Below, piece by piece: positions 1 to 11,932 of a stretch of 64,000 nucleotides of DNA (positions are counted from its first letter, which is position 1; each line of letters opens with the position of its first letter). The translations under genes and the position numbers were made by a program. The notes under the pieces were generated by a model that did no database searches, was not told the DNA's origin, and saw only the letters and a program-made list of their open reading frames with translations. The stretch spans positions 1,687,849 through 1,751,848 of the forward strand of contig CBDBLX010000002.1 in NCBI GenBank assembly GCA_965207445.1. The letters run 5' to 3'. Source of the stretch: Nitrosopumilus sp. Its GTDB lineage: Archaea; Thermoproteota; Nitrososphaeria; Nitrososphaerales; Nitrosopumilaceae.

Positions 1-66
1 CAAAGCCTAGCATTCTATTGGTATCGTGATGGTCCATATTCTGAGGTTATAGAAGATAACTTACAG

Positions 67-807
67 ATGCTAGTAGATGAGAAAAAGATCATACGGAGTA
101 AAACTAATCAATGGGAGACATATAGACTGGCTCCAGAACACAACGAGCGCCCAATTGTTCAACCGTATGATGATTTTATAAGAGAGATAGTCGATGCAAT
201 CCGACATGTGAAAAATAAATTTACTGATGTGCATGAGATAGTACAACACATATACAAAACTGCCGCTCCTACTCCATGGTATGTGTCATACAAGCTAGAG
301 TTTATGCCCAAATTCGAGTCTCACTGTAAGGATATAAAAAAAAATAGAAAATCATTGTATACGCCTGAACAACTATTAGATCTGTTCGATGATGCCGTCT
401 TGGATGTTCCTATGGACCCAAAATTTATTGGAATTAGACTGGTCTTTATGGACTATTCAAAAATTTTGAATGCGTTTTTGCGTTGGGATGAATATACATC
501 ACACATTGATCTATTAGATGAATTGTTGGAAATATGTCAGAATATATGGAATGTATTTGCGTATGGAATGAGGGCATACAATCATGATGGTTATTATGAG
601 CCACATGCAGATGAATGGAGGCTCAAGTATGAAGAAGAGGTCCGTGCACTAGATCGCATTATAATTGAGCGCGTGAAAAAATATGATAGTATTGTTGTAG
701 ATGATGACCTGTATATACCACCTGATGTGGAAGACATGATACTACATCCCGAACGGCATGCTTTCAAACCATTGGAGGCAACTTTCTTTGCAGATAACAA
801 ACGATGA
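67..807 (+). CDS. Hypothetical acidic protein, possible antitoxin partner of the downstream RelE-like toxin
   Basis: 246-aa ORF overlapping a RelE-like gene; its C-terminal VEDMILHPE resembles VEGMIKDPE upstream of the second RelE relic at 17.5 kb. Confidence 0.45.
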   Translation: MLVDEKKIIRSKTNQWETYRLAPEHNERPIVQPYDDFIREIVDAIRHVKNKFTDVHEIVQHIYKTAAPTPWYVSYKLEFMPKFESHCKDIKKNRKSLYTPEQLLDLFDDAVLDVPMDPKFIGIRLVFMDYSKILNAFLRWDEYTSHIDLLDELLEICQNIWNVFAYGMRAYNHDGYYEPHADEWRLKYEEEVRALDRIIIERVKKYDSIVVDDDLYIPPDVEDMILHPERHAFKPLEATFFADNKR

Positions 808-1099
808 TTGGTTTACAGAAAATAAATGGACCATAGAACGTAGTGGTAAATTTAAAAAAAGTAGCGAAAAATATCTACGCAATGTAAAAATTTCTAAAAA
901 AATACAAGAATGTATTGATTCACTTTCACGTCTAAGGGAACCTAGACGAGGAGGTGAACGCAAAAAAGGCAAGGTAGAAGGCGCGTATGCTATCAATATT
1001 TCAAAATCTGTACGACTATTGTATGTAGTTAATGATACAACACATACAATTTATCTACTCGACATAGGTGTTCATAAAAAAGTATATGGGAATGATTAG
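758..1099 (+). CDS. RelE/ParE-family toxin (start uncertain)
   Basis: Small basic protein: WTIERSGKFKK...RLLYVV...IYLLDIGVHKKVY. Confidence 0.7.
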   Translation: MLSNHWRQLSLQITNDDWFTENKWTIERSGKFKKSSEKYLRNVKISKKIQECIDSLSRLREPRRGGERKKGKVEGAYAINISKSVRLLYVVNDTTHTIYLLDIGVHKKVYGND

Positions 1100-1850
1100 T
1101 TACAACTTATCATATAATGCAATTATAATGAACGCTGTTCATCAATCATAGATATGAATATTTTTTCTTTGACACAATATACGTGGTCAACTACATTTCA
1201 CAACCATCCTAGATGATGACGTGTCTTGTAGTGAAATACCACCTTTAACCTCGTGATGCTTTTCGCGATAAAAAGATGGAATCCAACTCTTCCATGGGTC
1301 CGACATTCCTTTAGAACAAAATCTGAAAAAATCTTCAGGTTGGATCCAGTTCACATCTCACAAAGAATTGCAAAATCTCCATTTACACATTCTTTATGTT
1401 ATCGCAATAAAAGCTCGGGTCAAATCAATGCTCATGTGATAACGACCCTACTGCAGTATCAACCAATTATCTATAGGGGAGAGAACGGGATTATGTGTCG
1501 TGAGCGTCGTGAATTCTATCTGGTCGTTTAATGGTGATTTTATTCCCCGACATGCCGAAGATCGGCGGTTGTATACACAACTGATGAAAGATGTCTCATT
1601 CAGGATCTTTTATCAGACTCAAAGGGGTTTTTATGTAAATAAGACACTAAATGCATGTCTGGTGCAAATAACATCTTTTGTGAAAAATGCGACGAAAACA
1701 AAACAATGGGTCTGGTAGATATCGTGGGATATGGTACGAGTCAGTAGAGTAGATGAATTTTACAATGTCCTGATTGTAGTTGGAGAACACCGCCATTGAA
1801 TCCATGTGAAATTGATGCATGGTAAGAAAATGGTTTTTTAAATAAATTGT

Positions 1851-2267
1851 AAAGCAGGAATAAGCAAAACTCATGACAAGGGAAACAACAATGTCATTGA
1901 AAGTTTTAACAATATACAGCGAATCTGTTACAATCCTCGACGCGGAATCAAAAGCACAAAATCTGCCATAACCATGGGCTTTAGTGAGTGGTACAACTAT
2001 GTACGTTCACATGGATCATTAGGATGTACACTCGCAGAAGCAGCAGGAATAACAATACACGGCAATAACAAATGGATTACACTCATCGGCAATGCTGGCG
2101 TGGCAGCCATGGGAGGAGCAGTGACCTGAGTCTGCATAACCTTGCCATGTGAATCCAAGGGTCTTGAGCCAGTCATGCAACGACGGCGATATTACGGGAC
2201 GCATCAATGTCGCACAAGCGACAATGGTAGCAACGTGCAAGTTACCAACGATTAACGCAGAAGATCC
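1851..2267 (+). mobile_element. Truncated 3' end of the IS6-family element at 31886-34026, including the right TIR
   Basis: Near-identical to about 33610-34026; ends in gttaccaacgattaacgcagaaga. Confidence 0.92.
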
Positions 2268-2324
2268 GAAGATCCCAATAAACAATTAACGTTTATTTAA
2301 GATAAAAAACTAGAGCACATAATT

Positions 2325-3398
2325 ATGGCAACTATTGACAAAGCTGCAATTGGGTTTTCAATTGCAATTGTAGCAATAGGTGTAGCTGTTGCAATGTATG
2401 GCGAGGCAACTCAAGATAATATAACATCAACTGCACCAATAGAAAGACAGACACCACCCCCACCTCAACCAATCGATGAGATGAAAGATGAACACGAGAT
2501 GAAAGATGAGATGACAGACAAAGAAATGAAAGATGAACACGAGATGAAAGATGAGATGACAGACAAAGAAATGAAAGATGAACACGAGATGAAAGATGAT
2601 CGTGAAAAAGGTGCATATGATGAAAAAATGGACGGTAAAGACAAAAAAGATATGATGGCATTATCCATAATGTTTGGACCATCAACAGAGACGATCGAAA
2701 TATTTACATCACACGATCTAACCGATGAAAAGGCAGAGTGTCCAGATAACAAGCTTGAAGTTAATGAACATTGTGTTCCATATCACATCAAAGGCGGAAC
2801 AGTAACAGACGTCAATGTCAATGCAGATGAGAACTCAGTTGCAATTACAATAGATGCAACAGATGAAGGATACATAGCATTGTTCAAATCAAAAGAAGCA
2901 ATCGACTCAATCATAGTGATTCTTCTAGACGGTGAAGAAACAAATGACTATATGGTAATGGAAAAATCAGAGATGAAGGAAAAGATGAAAGAAGAAAAGA
3001 TGAGAGAAAAAGATGAGATGAAGTATGAAAAAGATGAGATGGAAGAAGACACTATGGTGGAAAACAATGATGGTAATGCAGAAACCAATGCAGAACCAAA
3101 GACAGTAGTGGTGGACATGCCAGAAGGTAGTGCAGTGATAGGCTGTCAAGATGACGACACATGTTACATACCATCAAGTGTCACGATCAATGTAGGTGAC
3201 ACTGTATCATGGATCAATACCGACACAGCAGCACACACTGTCACAAGTGGGAGTCCTGCTCAAGGTTATTCAAACTTGTTTGACAGCAGTCTAGTCATGG
3301 CAGGTCAATCTTTTGAGTACACATTCAATGAAAAAGGTACAATTGAGTACTTTTGCATTGTGCATCCATGGATGGTAGGCTCCGTAACTGTAAACTAG
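2325..3398 (+). CDS. Membrane-anchored plastocyanin/cupredoxin (blue copper) protein with Met/Glu/Asp-rich repeats
   Basis: N-terminal TM segment; C-terminal AAHTVTSG...YFCIVHPWMVG type-1 Cu site; 45-bp repeats encoding DEMKDEHEMK. Confidence 0.88.
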   Translation: MATIDKAAIGFSIAIVAIGVAVAMYGEATQDNITSTAPIERQTPPPPQPIDEMKDEHEMKDEMTDKEMKDEHEMKDEMTDKEMKDEHEMKDDREKGAYDEKMDGKDKKDMMALSIMFGPSTETIEIFTSHDLTDEKAECPDNKLEVNEHCVPYHIKGGTVTDVNVNADENSVAITIDATDEGYIALFKSKEAIDSIIVILLDGEETNDYMVMEKSEMKEKMKEEKMREKDEMKYEKDEMEEDTMVENNDGNAETNAEPKTVVVDMPEGSAVIGCQDDDTCYIPSSVTINVGDTVSWINTDTAAHTVTSGSPAQGYSNLFDSSLVMAGQSFEYTFNEKGTIEYFCIVHPWMVGSVTVN

Positions 3399-3562
3399 AA
3401 TAATTTTTCATTTTTTTAAACATGTAAGCTCAGGTTGCGCATGTATCCAAATGTTTCAAGATGATTGGTGTTCGTATTCGTCTTAATCTTACCGATATCT
3501 ATCTTGTTATGTGTCTTCTTTACGACGTCTATTAAAGTGTCTTTCTCCTTGTCTGTTAGCTT

Positions 3563-3643
3563 GTAACCGTTCAACCCCCGCATCTACACCAAAAGTTAGA
3601 CGATGAATCTGTGCCTAAATTTGAAAAGTGGTTGAACGGTTAC
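3563..3643. mobile_element. 81-bp MITE, family A (GTAACCGTTCAA TIRs)
   Basis: TIRs plus four homologues in the window. Confidence 0.85.
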
Positions 3644-3749
3644 GCCTCCCACATGTAAGGTCAATGGAAGTAGTGTCGTTGCCACATGGCTATGAATTTG
3701 GCCTAAAATTATACTTGAGAAATATCACAAAAAAATACACCAAAGTGCA

Positions 3750-5636
3750 TTAGTTATCCTGCATCATTTTTCTTTGAAGAATTCTATTGTATGATACACC
3801 AAATCTATGAGCCTCGTCTCGTGCATGTTGTAGTATTTTGAGTGATTGTTCAGTTTTTGATATTATTATAGGATCATTTTGCCACTCAACATATATCTCT
3901 TCATTTTTCTTTGCAAGTGATGCGCATGGTAAATCATCTAATCCAAGATCACGTATAGATTTTAGTGCTGCATGAAGTTGTCCCTTGCCACCATCGATTA
4001 ATACCAAATCAGGAAATCCAGATACATTGTCATTAGAATTATCGTTTAAAGTAAAAAGTGTGTTGTCATCAGTGTAATTGTTGTGATCGTTGTTGCAGTT
4101 GTTGTTGTTGCGGTTGTTGTTGTTGTTGCCATCATTGCTATTGTTATCATTATTATGGTTATGATCACCATTATGATCATTATTACGATCATCATTACCA
4201 TCATGAGATTGCCCACATTCATCAAAAAGCAATCTTTTGTACCTTCTAGATACAATCTCCTGAATCATCGCATAGTCATCACGCCCACTAACAGACTTGA
4301 TTCGAAATCTACGATAACCAGACTTGTCAGGACTGCCATTTACAAACCTAGACATAGAACCCACTGCAAATGCATCACCGTGATTGGAGATATCAAAGCA
4401 TTCTATAATGAGAGGTACACGTGGCAGATGTAGTTCTTTTTGAAGATCAACTAATCCCAATTCATGCCCACTCTTCTCATGTATTAGATCGATATTTTTC
4501 ATCAGCAAATTAATCATCTCTCTTCTCTTTCCTTTTTTAGGTACCAAAATTTTTACAGCAAATCCTGCACGCTCAGATAAAAGTGATGTAATGAGTTTTG
4601 TATTATCAAGCATCTCACTTAATATTATGAATCTAGGAATTCTATGAGTCGTGTAATATTGATAAATAAATCCAGAAAAAGAGTTATCTGCCACCACATC
4701 AAAAAAGAACTTTTCACTATCACGAATAACCCCATGTATCATACGAAATGTCATAACAACAGCAGCATGATTCTGTATACCAATTCCAAAGTACTCTTCA
4801 TCAGAGCTTTTAACATACTCCATCTTTTGATTCGAATTTAAAGTGTCAAGTCTAGATATAGTGTCACGGAGCTCAATTGCGCGCTCAAATTGTTGCGCAT
4901 CGGCAGCTTGTCTCATTTGTGTCTCTAATTTTTCAGAAAACACCTTGAGTTGATCAGACCCTCGAAGAACATCTCGCAGTGCATCTACATGCTGGGTATA
5001 TCTTTTTTGTGCATCTACAAACTCACATGGACCCTCACAATTTCCAATATGATACTCCAAGCACACCTTTTTTGGAAGTGTCTTGCATATACGTATCTGA
5101 AATGTTTTGCGGAGTGTTCCTACAGTAAGTAGTTTTGAGCTTCCTTGCACAAATGGTCCAAATGTCTCACCTTTGCCAAAAAACTTTCCCTCACGAGTAC
5201 GTCTTGCAACAAGTAATCTAGGATACTTTTCATCAGAGAGTCGCAAGTACGTATAGCGCTGCTGATCCTTGAGTTCAATGTTAAACTTTGGCCTATACTG
5301 TTTAATCATATTGGACTCTAGCAAAAATGCCTCACCTTCAGTATCAGTTATAACAAATTCAATATCTGCAACTAGGCGCACCAATCTCTGAGTCTTGTAA
5401 TTGTCATGATGTGCAGTAAAATATGACTTTACGCGCCTTTTGAGATTTTTTGCCTTGCCGATGTATATGGTGTCACTTTTGGCATCTTTCATAATATAGA
5501 CTCCAGGATCAGAGGGAAGTGTGACTTTGGATATATCAAATGTGCCTTTATTTGTTGTAGGTGTTTTATGAGTAGTAGGTGTTTTATGAGTAGGTGGTTT
5601 GTGAGCAGGCGCTACTATCATTATAATCAAATACAC
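3750..5636 (-). CDS. uvrC: Excinuclease ABC subunit C
   Basis: GIY-YIG (PGVY...IYIGKAKNLKRRVKSYF), ECFDISN, DLVLIDGGKGQL, RDEAHRF. Confidence 0.97.
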   Translation of the reverse strand: MYLIIMIVAPAHKPPTHKTPTTHKTPTTNKGTFDISKVTLPSDPGVYIMKDAKSDTIYIGKAKNLKRRVKSYFTAHHDNYKTQRLVRLVADIEFVITDTEGEAFLLESNMIKQYRPKFNIELKDQQRYTYLRLSDEKYPRLLVARRTREGKFFGKGETFGPFVQGSSKLLTVGTLRKTFQIRICKTLPKKVCLEYHIGNCEGPCEFVDAQKRYTQHVDALRDVLRGSDQLKVFSEKLETQMRQAADAQQFERAIELRDTISRLDTLNSNQKMEYVKSSDEEYFGIGIQNHAAVVMTFRMIHGVIRDSEKFFFDVVADNSFSGFIYQYYTTHRIPRFIILSEMLDNTKLITSLLSERAGFAVKILVPKKGKRREMINLLMKNIDLIHEKSGHELGLVDLQKELHLPRVPLIIECFDISNHGDAFAVGSMSRFVNGSPDKSGYRRFRIKSVSGRDDYAMIQEIVSRRYKRLLFDECGQSHDGNDDRNNDHNGDHNHNNDNNSNDGNNNNNRNNNNCNNDHNNYTDDNTLFTLNDNSNDNVSGFPDLVLIDGGKGQLHAALKSIRDLGLDDLPCASLAKKNEEIYVEWQNDPIIISKTEQSLKILQHARDEAHRFGVSYNRILQRKMMQDN

Positions 5637-5675
5637 ACAAGTATTAACACATGATAAATCTTTGAAAATGGTTTA

Positions 5676-8600
5676 CTATTCTAGTACGTCTTTGAGATAT
5701 CTTCCAGTATAACTATCTTGTATATTTGCCACTTGTTTTGGCGTTCCTACGCATACCAACTCTCCACCGCCATCACCGCCCTCAGGGCCTAAATCTATTA
5801 TCCAATCAGAGTTTTTTATTACATCCATATTGTGCTCTATAACAACAACAGTGTTTCCAAGATTCACTAATCTATTCAATACATCAAGTAGTTTTTGAAC
5901 ATCTGCAAAATGCAGACCAGTAGTTGGCTCATCTAGTATGTAGAGTGTGCGGCCAGTACTAGGACGTGACAACTCTGATGATAATTTAACACGTTGTGCC
6001 TCACCACCAGATAACGTAGTAGATGCTTGTCCCAACTTTACATACCCAAGCCCAACATCGACCATCGTTTGTAGTCGTGTTCGTAAAGCAGGAATACTTG
6101 AAAAGAACTCTAATCCTTCATCAATGGTCATATCCAAAACATCAGATATGTTCTTTCCTTTGTACAGAACATTTAATGTCTCAGAGTTGTAGCGTTTGCC
6201 ATTACATTCATCACACACCACATACACATCTGAGAGAAACTGCATCTCTATCTGCTTTACTCCTGCGCCCTCACATGCAAAACAACGACCCACCTTTACA
6301 TTAAATGAAAACTGTCCAGGCGAGTACCCACGCGTACTTGACATAGGTGTGCTTGCAAACAACTCCCTTATCACAGTAAAGGCGCCAATATACGTAGCAG
6401 GATTTGATCTAGGTGTTCGTCCTATCGGAGACTGATCAATCTCAATGACCTTGTCAATATTAGACACACCAGTAATCTTATCATGTGCACCAGAACGTGC
6501 ATCAGACTCAAAGAACACAGGTAATAATGCCTTGTATAAAATGTCAGTGACAAGGGTAGACTTGCCAGAACCAGATACGCCAGTCACACACACGAGTTTA
6601 CCAAGTGGAATTTCAACATCAATGTTTTTGAGATTGTGCTCTGATGCACCCAAGACACAAATAGAGTTAGGATTATCTTTACGAATACGATTCTCAATGA
6701 CAACCTTTTTGTCACCACGCAAGTATGCACTAGTAGGGGAATTCACATCATACATGATATCAGATACGGTGCCCTCAAACATGACATTTCCACCATGGAC
6801 ACCAGCACCAGGCCCCAAGTCAACTATCCAATCAGATTTTCGAATCACAGATTCATCATGCTCTACTACAAGTACAGTATTTCCTAAATTGCGCAACTTT
6901 AAGAGCGTCTTGACAAGTCGCATGTTGTCACGTTGATGCAGCCCTATTGTAGGCTCATCGAGCACATATAATACACCTGTAAGATTAGAGCCAATCTGAG
7001 TTGCAAGCCTGATTCGTTGTGACTCACCACCAGATAATGTGGCACTTGGCCGCTCAAGTGTAAGATAATTCAACCCCACATTAATCAGAAACTCTAGCCG
7101 CTCTATAATCTCCTTTAGTATATCGTGTGCAATAAATGACTGTGTCTCAGTCAAGTCCAATTTAGTGAAAAACTCATAACATGATTCTATTGACATATGG
7201 CAGACATCTATGATGTTTTTACCACCCACAAGCACTGCAAGTGATTCTGGCCTCAACTTTTTGCCAGAGCATTGTGCGCATGGGATATCGCGCATGAATC
7301 TGCGTAGCCAGCTTCGCTTTGAGTCAGATGTGGTGTTCTCAAGCATGTAATACAAGTCATTCATAACTCCATCATACGAGTCAGGATTATCTAGTACAGA
7401 GATCTTCTCACGTCTAATCCCAACATCAGGTGCACCATGCAACAAGATATCCATATGCTTTTTGTCAAGTTTGTTTAATGGAGTCATCAAGTCGATGTCA
7501 AAGTATTCTGCAATCTCTGTGAGTTTTTCGGTTTTATATGCTGCATATTTTCCAGTCCACGGGACTATTGGATACTCCAAGAGGCATTTTGACTTGTCTG
7601 GGATTATCAACTCTTCATCAAATTGTAAATTGACACCCAATCCACTACACTTGTTGCACATACCAAACGGAGAGTTGAACGAAAAGTTACGTGGTTCTAG
7701 TTCTCCAATACTTAATCCACAGTGAGGGCATGCATTCTCTTGTGAAAATACGGCATCTTGTGCAAAAGACTCGTTGTGTTTTTTTGTTGCAGTTGATATT
7801 ATAACAGAGCCATGAGACGCTTTTATTGCATCTTGAATAGATTCGAAGAGACGAGAGCGCTCTTGAATAGTTGGTGTTAAACGGTCAACTATAATCTCAA
7901 TTGTATGCCACTTGTTCTTATCAAGTGATATGCGCTTGTCATTTGTATCAGGTTTGGCAGTAGTAGCAGCACCACCAATGGCAATGTCCCCAATATGTAC
8001 AATCTCACCATTTACACGAAGACGTGAAAAACCGTCTTGTTTTGCGCCTTCAATTACTTTGTCATGTGTGCCTTTTTTTCGTTGAATGAGGGGAGCTAAA
8101 ACCAATACAGGTTCATTTTCATACACCTTTAAGACAGAATCACAGATGGCATCAAGTGACTGAGAAGAGATCTGTTTGTTGCACCCCACACAATAAGGTA
8201 TCCCTATTCGTGCATAAAGTAGACGTAGATAATCATATATTTCTGTAGTCGTTCCCACAGTGGAGCGGGGATTTTTCACAGTGGTTTTTTGCTGAATCGA
8301 GATTGCAGGCGATAGTCCATCAATAGAGTCAACATCAGGCTTATCCATCATTTCTAAGAATTGCCGAGCATATGCTGAAAGTGACTCTACGTATCTTCTC
8401 TGTCCTTCTGCATAGATTGTATCAAATGCCAAAGATGACTTGCCGGACCCAGATAGTCCACTTATTACAACAAGACTGTTTTTTGGAATGTCTACTGTGA
8501 TGTTCTTTAGGTTGTGATGACGTGCACCACGAACACACAGAGTCGGAATGGTTCTATTGATGGTAATGGTTTTGTCATATTTGTTAAAAGGTGAGGTATT

Positions 8601-8765
8601 GTTTGGTTTTGATGATAGTGCAGTGGTGTTATTTGTTGTTGCTGTTTTTGTTTTTTGTTGCTGCTGTATGTTTTGTGTTTTTGAACTTGTGCGCGTCTTT
8701 GTTGTTTTCTTTACGACTTCCTCTCTTTTTGTCATCATTGTTACGTAATGCAAGTTCTTTTTCAA
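5676..8765 (-). CDS. uvrA: Excinuclease ABC subunit A (real start probably near 8738)
   Basis: Two ABC modules ([21 protein letters not shown]), Zn fingers. Confidence 0.98.
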   Translation of the reverse strand: MKKNLHYVTMMTKREEVVKKTTKTRTSSKTQNIQQQQKTKTATTNNTTALSSKPNNTSPFNKYDKTITINRTIPTLCVRGARHHNLKNITVDIPKNSLVVISGLSGSGKSSLAFDTIYAEGQRRYVESLSAYARQFLEMMDKPDVDSIDGLSPAISIQQKTTVKNPRSTVGTTTEIYDYLRLLYARIGIPYCVGCNKQISSQSLDAICDSVLKVYENEPVLVLAPLIQRKKGTHDKVIEGAKQDGFSRLRVNGEIVHIGDIAIGGAATTAKPDTNDKRISLDKNKWHTIEIIVDRLTPTIQERSRLFESIQDAIKASHGSVIISTATKKHNESFAQDAVFSQENACPHCGLSIGELEPRNFSFNSPFGMCNKCSGLGVNLQFDEELIIPDKSKCLLEYPIVPWTGKYAAYKTEKLTEIAEYFDIDLMTPLNKLDKKHMDILLHGAPDVGIRREKISVLDNPDSYDGVMNDLYYMLENTTSDSKRSWLRRFMRDIPCAQCSGKKLRPESLAVLVGGKNIIDVCHMSIESCYEFFTKLDLTETQSFIAHDILKEIIERLEFLINVGLNYLTLERPSATLSGGESQRIRLATQIGSNLTGVLYVLDEPTIGLHQRDNMRLVKTLLKLRNLGNTVLVVEHDESVIRKSDWIVDLGPGAGVHGGNVMFEGTVSDIMYDVNSPTSAYLRGDKKVVIENRIRKDNPNSICVLGASEHNLKNIDVEIPLGKLVCVTGVSGSGKSTLVTDILYKALLPVFFESDARSGAHDKITGVSNIDKVIEIDQSPIGRTPRSNPATYIGAFTVIRELFASTPMSSTRGYSPGQFSFNVKVGRCFACEGAGVKQIEMQFLSDVYVVCDECNGKRYNSETLNVLYKGKNISDVLDMTIDEGLEFFSSIPALRTRLQTMVDVGLGYVKLGQASTTLSGGEAQRVKLSSELSRPSTGRTLYILDEPTTGLHFADVQKLLDVLNRLVNLGNTVVVIEHNMDVIKNSDWIIDLGPEGGDGGGELVCVGTPKQVANIQDSYTGRYLKDVLE

Positions 8766-10842
8766 GGCTATTTATTGTATCTCTGCATTTGATTGCCTGC
8801 TCAAAGTCCAAATCACGCGAGTATTGCTCCATTTTGGTGCCCAAATTTATAATCTCAGACTGTATGTCATATGAGGACCGTGACTTTACATCAAGTGAAT
8901 CAGACAATTTGCCGCCGCCGCCGCCACCCCGCCGACTAGTGCCACGATTAGAGGAATCATCGGCGCTAGGAGGAATCGGCTTTATTATAGTGCGAGGCGT
9001 CACATTGTGCGCTATATTGTACTCGGACTGTTTTTTGCGACGTCTCTGAGTCTCAACTATTGCACGACTCATAGAGTCAGTAATCTTATCAGCATACAGT
9101 ATAACAGTCCCATTTGCATTTCGAGCAGCTCTGCCAAATGTCTGTATCAAACTCGTCACATTTCTCAAGAATCCTTCCTTGTCAGCATCAAGTATGGCAA
9201 CAAGTGACACTTCAGGAATATCAAGTCCTTCACGCAATAGATTGATTCCAACTAACACATCAAACTCACCTATTCGTAGTTTGCGTATTAGTTCTGTTCT
9301 CTCCAATCCCTCGATCTCAGAATGCATATACCTCACACGTACATTTTTGCGTGACAAGTATTCTGCCAAGTCCTCTGCCATGCGTTTTGTCAAAGTAGTC
9401 ACTAAAACACGCTCACCGCGTTTGGCACGTATGTTAATCTCAGATATTAGATCGTTCATCTGTCCTTTTGTATGTCGCAGATCCACAATAGGATCAAGTA
9501 ATCCAGTAGGCCTGACTAACTGTTCTGCCACTACAGTAGATGTTTTTTGCTCATATGCACTAGGTGTTGCAGAAACAAAGATTGTCGGATGTCGTATCAT
9601 ATACTGCTCGAACTCTTCGAACTTTAATGGTCTATTGTCATATGCGCTCGGTAGTCGAAACCCATGCGTTACAAGTTCGTGTTTACGAGAGTGATCCCCC
9701 TTGTACATGCCATGCAGTTGCGGTAACGTGACATGAGATTCATCTATAACCAACAAATAGTCATCCATAAAAAAGTCCATTAAACAAAACGCTTGCTCAC
9801 CAGGACTTCGTCCATCAAAGTGACGTGAATAATTCTCAATGCCAGAGCAGTATCCTAATTCTTCGATCATCTCAAGGTCATAAGTGGTACGAGACTCGAG
9901 TCTTTGTCGTTCTAGTTCACGCAGTTCGGGTAAACGTAATGCCAACTCTTCACGAATCGATGCAAGTGCATGCGTTCGTACATCATCGGCAATCAAATAA
10001 TGTTTGGCAGGAAATATCATAATCTCAGATAATTCTCGAATCTCATCATGTGATACCTTGTCAAGTATATGGATATGTTCAACCTCATCTCCAAATATCG
10101 ATATACGTATCAAGTCCTCAGAGTATGCAGGTGTGATCTCAATTGTATCCCCGCGTACACGAAAGTTCCCAGGAGCAATGTCAAGGTCGTGACGCTCGTA
10201 TCGTGCATCTACTAATCCCTGAATCAGACGAGTACGACAGTTTTTTGGTTCGTCACCTTTATGTATTCGCAGTGCAAGGTCATCCCAATCTTTTGGGTTT
10301 CCAAGTGAGTAGATACACGATACTGTAGCTACGATAATGGTAGGCTCACCGGACAAAAGCATTGCAGTGGCTTCTAGACGCATCTTTTCGATCTTTTCAT
10401 TTATTTGTGTATCTTTTTCGATGTATGTGTCAGTCTGTGCAATGTAACTTTCAGGCTGATAATAGTCATAATAAGAGACAAAATATCCCACATTATTGTG
10501 GGGGAAGAACTGTTTTAGTTCTGCGTATAGTTGCGCTGCAAGTGTCTTGTTATGAGATATTACAAGTGTGTTCATACCAGATCGTTGAATCACATTTGCA
10601 ATGGAGAATGTCTTGCCGCTACCAGTGACACCTAATAGTGTCTGTCGCTGATTGGTTTTTATTCCATTTACAAGTGCAGATATTGCTTCTGGTTGATCAC
10701 CTGTGGGTGCGAACTCTGAGACGAGTTCAAAGTGGTTTTTACCATGCAAGATGCCAGTGTCACTAGTATCAGGTGTGGAAGAGTCAGGTTTTGAGGGTGT
10801 GGTGGTGGAGGGGGGCATATCAGAAGAGTTATTGCTTTTCAT
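8629..10842 (-). CDS. uvrB: Excinuclease ABC subunit B
   Basis: GVTGSGKT, YYDYYQPE, DESH, C-terminal UVR motif (DFEQAIKCRD). Confidence 0.98.
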   Translation of the reverse strand: MKSNNSSDMPPSTTTPSKPDSSTPDTSDTGILHGKNHFELVSEFAPTGDQPEAISALVNGIKTNQRQTLLGVTGSGKTFSIANVIQRSGMNTLVISHNKTLAAQLYAELKQFFPHNNVGYFVSYYDYYQPESYIAQTDTYIEKDTQINEKIEKMRLEATAMLLSGEPTIIVATVSCIYSLGNPKDWDDLALRIHKGDEPKNCRTRLIQGLVDARYERHDLDIAPGNFRVRGDTIEITPAYSEDLIRISIFGDEVEHIHILDKVSHDEIRELSEIMIFPAKHYLIADDVRTHALASIREELALRLPELRELERQRLESRTTYDLEMIEELGYCSGIENYSRHFDGRSPGEQAFCLMDFFMDDYLLVIDESHVTLPQLHGMYKGDHSRKHELVTHGFRLPSAYDNRPLKFEEFEQYMIRHPTIFVSATPSAYEQKTSTVVAEQLVRPTGLLDPIVDLRHTKGQMNDLISEINIRAKRGERVLVTTLTKRMAEDLAEYLSRKNVRVRYMHSEIEGLERTELIRKLRIGEFDVLVGINLLREGLDIPEVSLVAILDADKEGFLRNVTSLIQTFGRAARNANGTVILYADKITDSMSRAIVETQRRRKKQSEYNIAHNVTPRTIIKPIPPSADDSSNRGTSRRGGGGGGKLSDSLDVKSRSSYDIQSEIINLGTKMEQYSRDLDFEQAIKCRDTINSLEKELALRNNDDKKRGSRKENNKDAHKFKNTKHTAATKNKNSNNK

Positions 10843-10889
10843 AAATCACACATCTGTCAATAATAGTAAAAAAGATACGTCTAATATTA

Positions 10890-11250
10890 ACAACAACCAC
10901 CACCACAACCACAACCACAACCACAACCACACTACTACTAGTACAATAACATATGTGCAAGACAGTGGTTTTAAATGCCATTATAATCATTTTAAGTGTA
11001 ATAATCATTTTAATTATTATAATCACCATCACTATTTTGACCATCTCGTATCATTATCATTATTATTATTATTATCATTATCATCATTATCACCTCAGAT
11101 CATTATTACCATCATCGCTATTTTGACCATCGCGCATCATTATCATCATTATCATCATCATTATCATCATTATCATCATCATTATCATCATTATCATCAT
11201 CATTATCATCATTATCATCATCTCAGATCATTATTACCATCATCGCTATT
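10890..11250. repeat. Intergenic CAC/CAT/TAT microsatellite field
   Basis: (CACAAC)n and (CATTATCAT)n runs. Confidence 0.9.
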
Positions 11251-11251
11251 A

Positions 11252-11887
11252 CTACCATCTCGGATCATCATTTGACATATGCGGCATACCATCAACAATA
11301 TCAAATCCCATTATACGCAATGTATCTTTTGCAGTAGACGTGTTACGTGACAAGATTAGTTCTGCCAATTTTTGTCGCTTTTCACGAGTCAAATGTTGCC
11401 CTATCTTGTATTTTCCATCCATACTCAAAGGTTTGATGCGTATTATACTAACTGCATCCACGACAGCCATATCAGGTCGTATTGGCTCATACATGCCCTC
11501 TGGTTGATACTTTAACATCAGTGCATTTAATGCGCGTGTCTTTTCTACACGGTCATCTATAATTTGTGCAGTTCCCTTTATTACAACGCTAATGTATAGT
11601 GTGTCTGCAAGGGAGGCATCAGTAGGATGCTCAAAATATGAAGGTAGGAACTCTAGTTGACGATCAACTTCAAATCCGACATGGTCATTGCTAGTAATAT
11701 TATCTAATTTCTCACCACGTATATGAGAGTGCATATAGATAAAGCCATCAACGTATGCATAGTTCATTGGAATTATTTGAGGAAAACCCAAAGAGTCTAT
11801 ACTAGCAATTCTGCCAGTGTGGGCATCGTTGAGAAATTCTTCTATTTTTGATTTTGAGCCAATGCGTAAGATACCAGCATGTTGCAT
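11252..11887 (-). CDS. Pyridoxamine 5'-phosphate oxidase-family flavin-binding protein
   Basis: GRIAS...PQIIPMNY...IYMHS...GEKLDNI...VGFEVD. Confidence 0.85.
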   Translation of the reverse strand: MQHAGILRIGSKSKIEEFLNDAHTGRIASIDSLGFPQIIPMNYAYVDGFIYMHSHIRGEKLDNITSNDHVGFEVDRQLEFLPSYFEHPTDASLADTLYISVVIKGTAQIIDDRVEKTRALNALMLKYQPEGMYEPIRPDMAVVDAVSIIRIKPLSMDGKYKIGQHLTREKRQKLAELILSRNTSTAKDTLRIMGFDIVDGMPHMSNDDPRW

Positions 11888-11932
11888 AACTATAACAGAT
11901 AATAGTACTAAATCAAGATGTCGTAGATCTGG

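Noticed and set aside
1210..1850. Short ORF fragments, possibly a decayed gene
   Set aside because: No recognisable motif; cannot assign.
10703..11275. His-rich 190-aa ORF
   Set aside because: Product of an intergenic CAT/TAT microsatellite; also antisense to uvrB.
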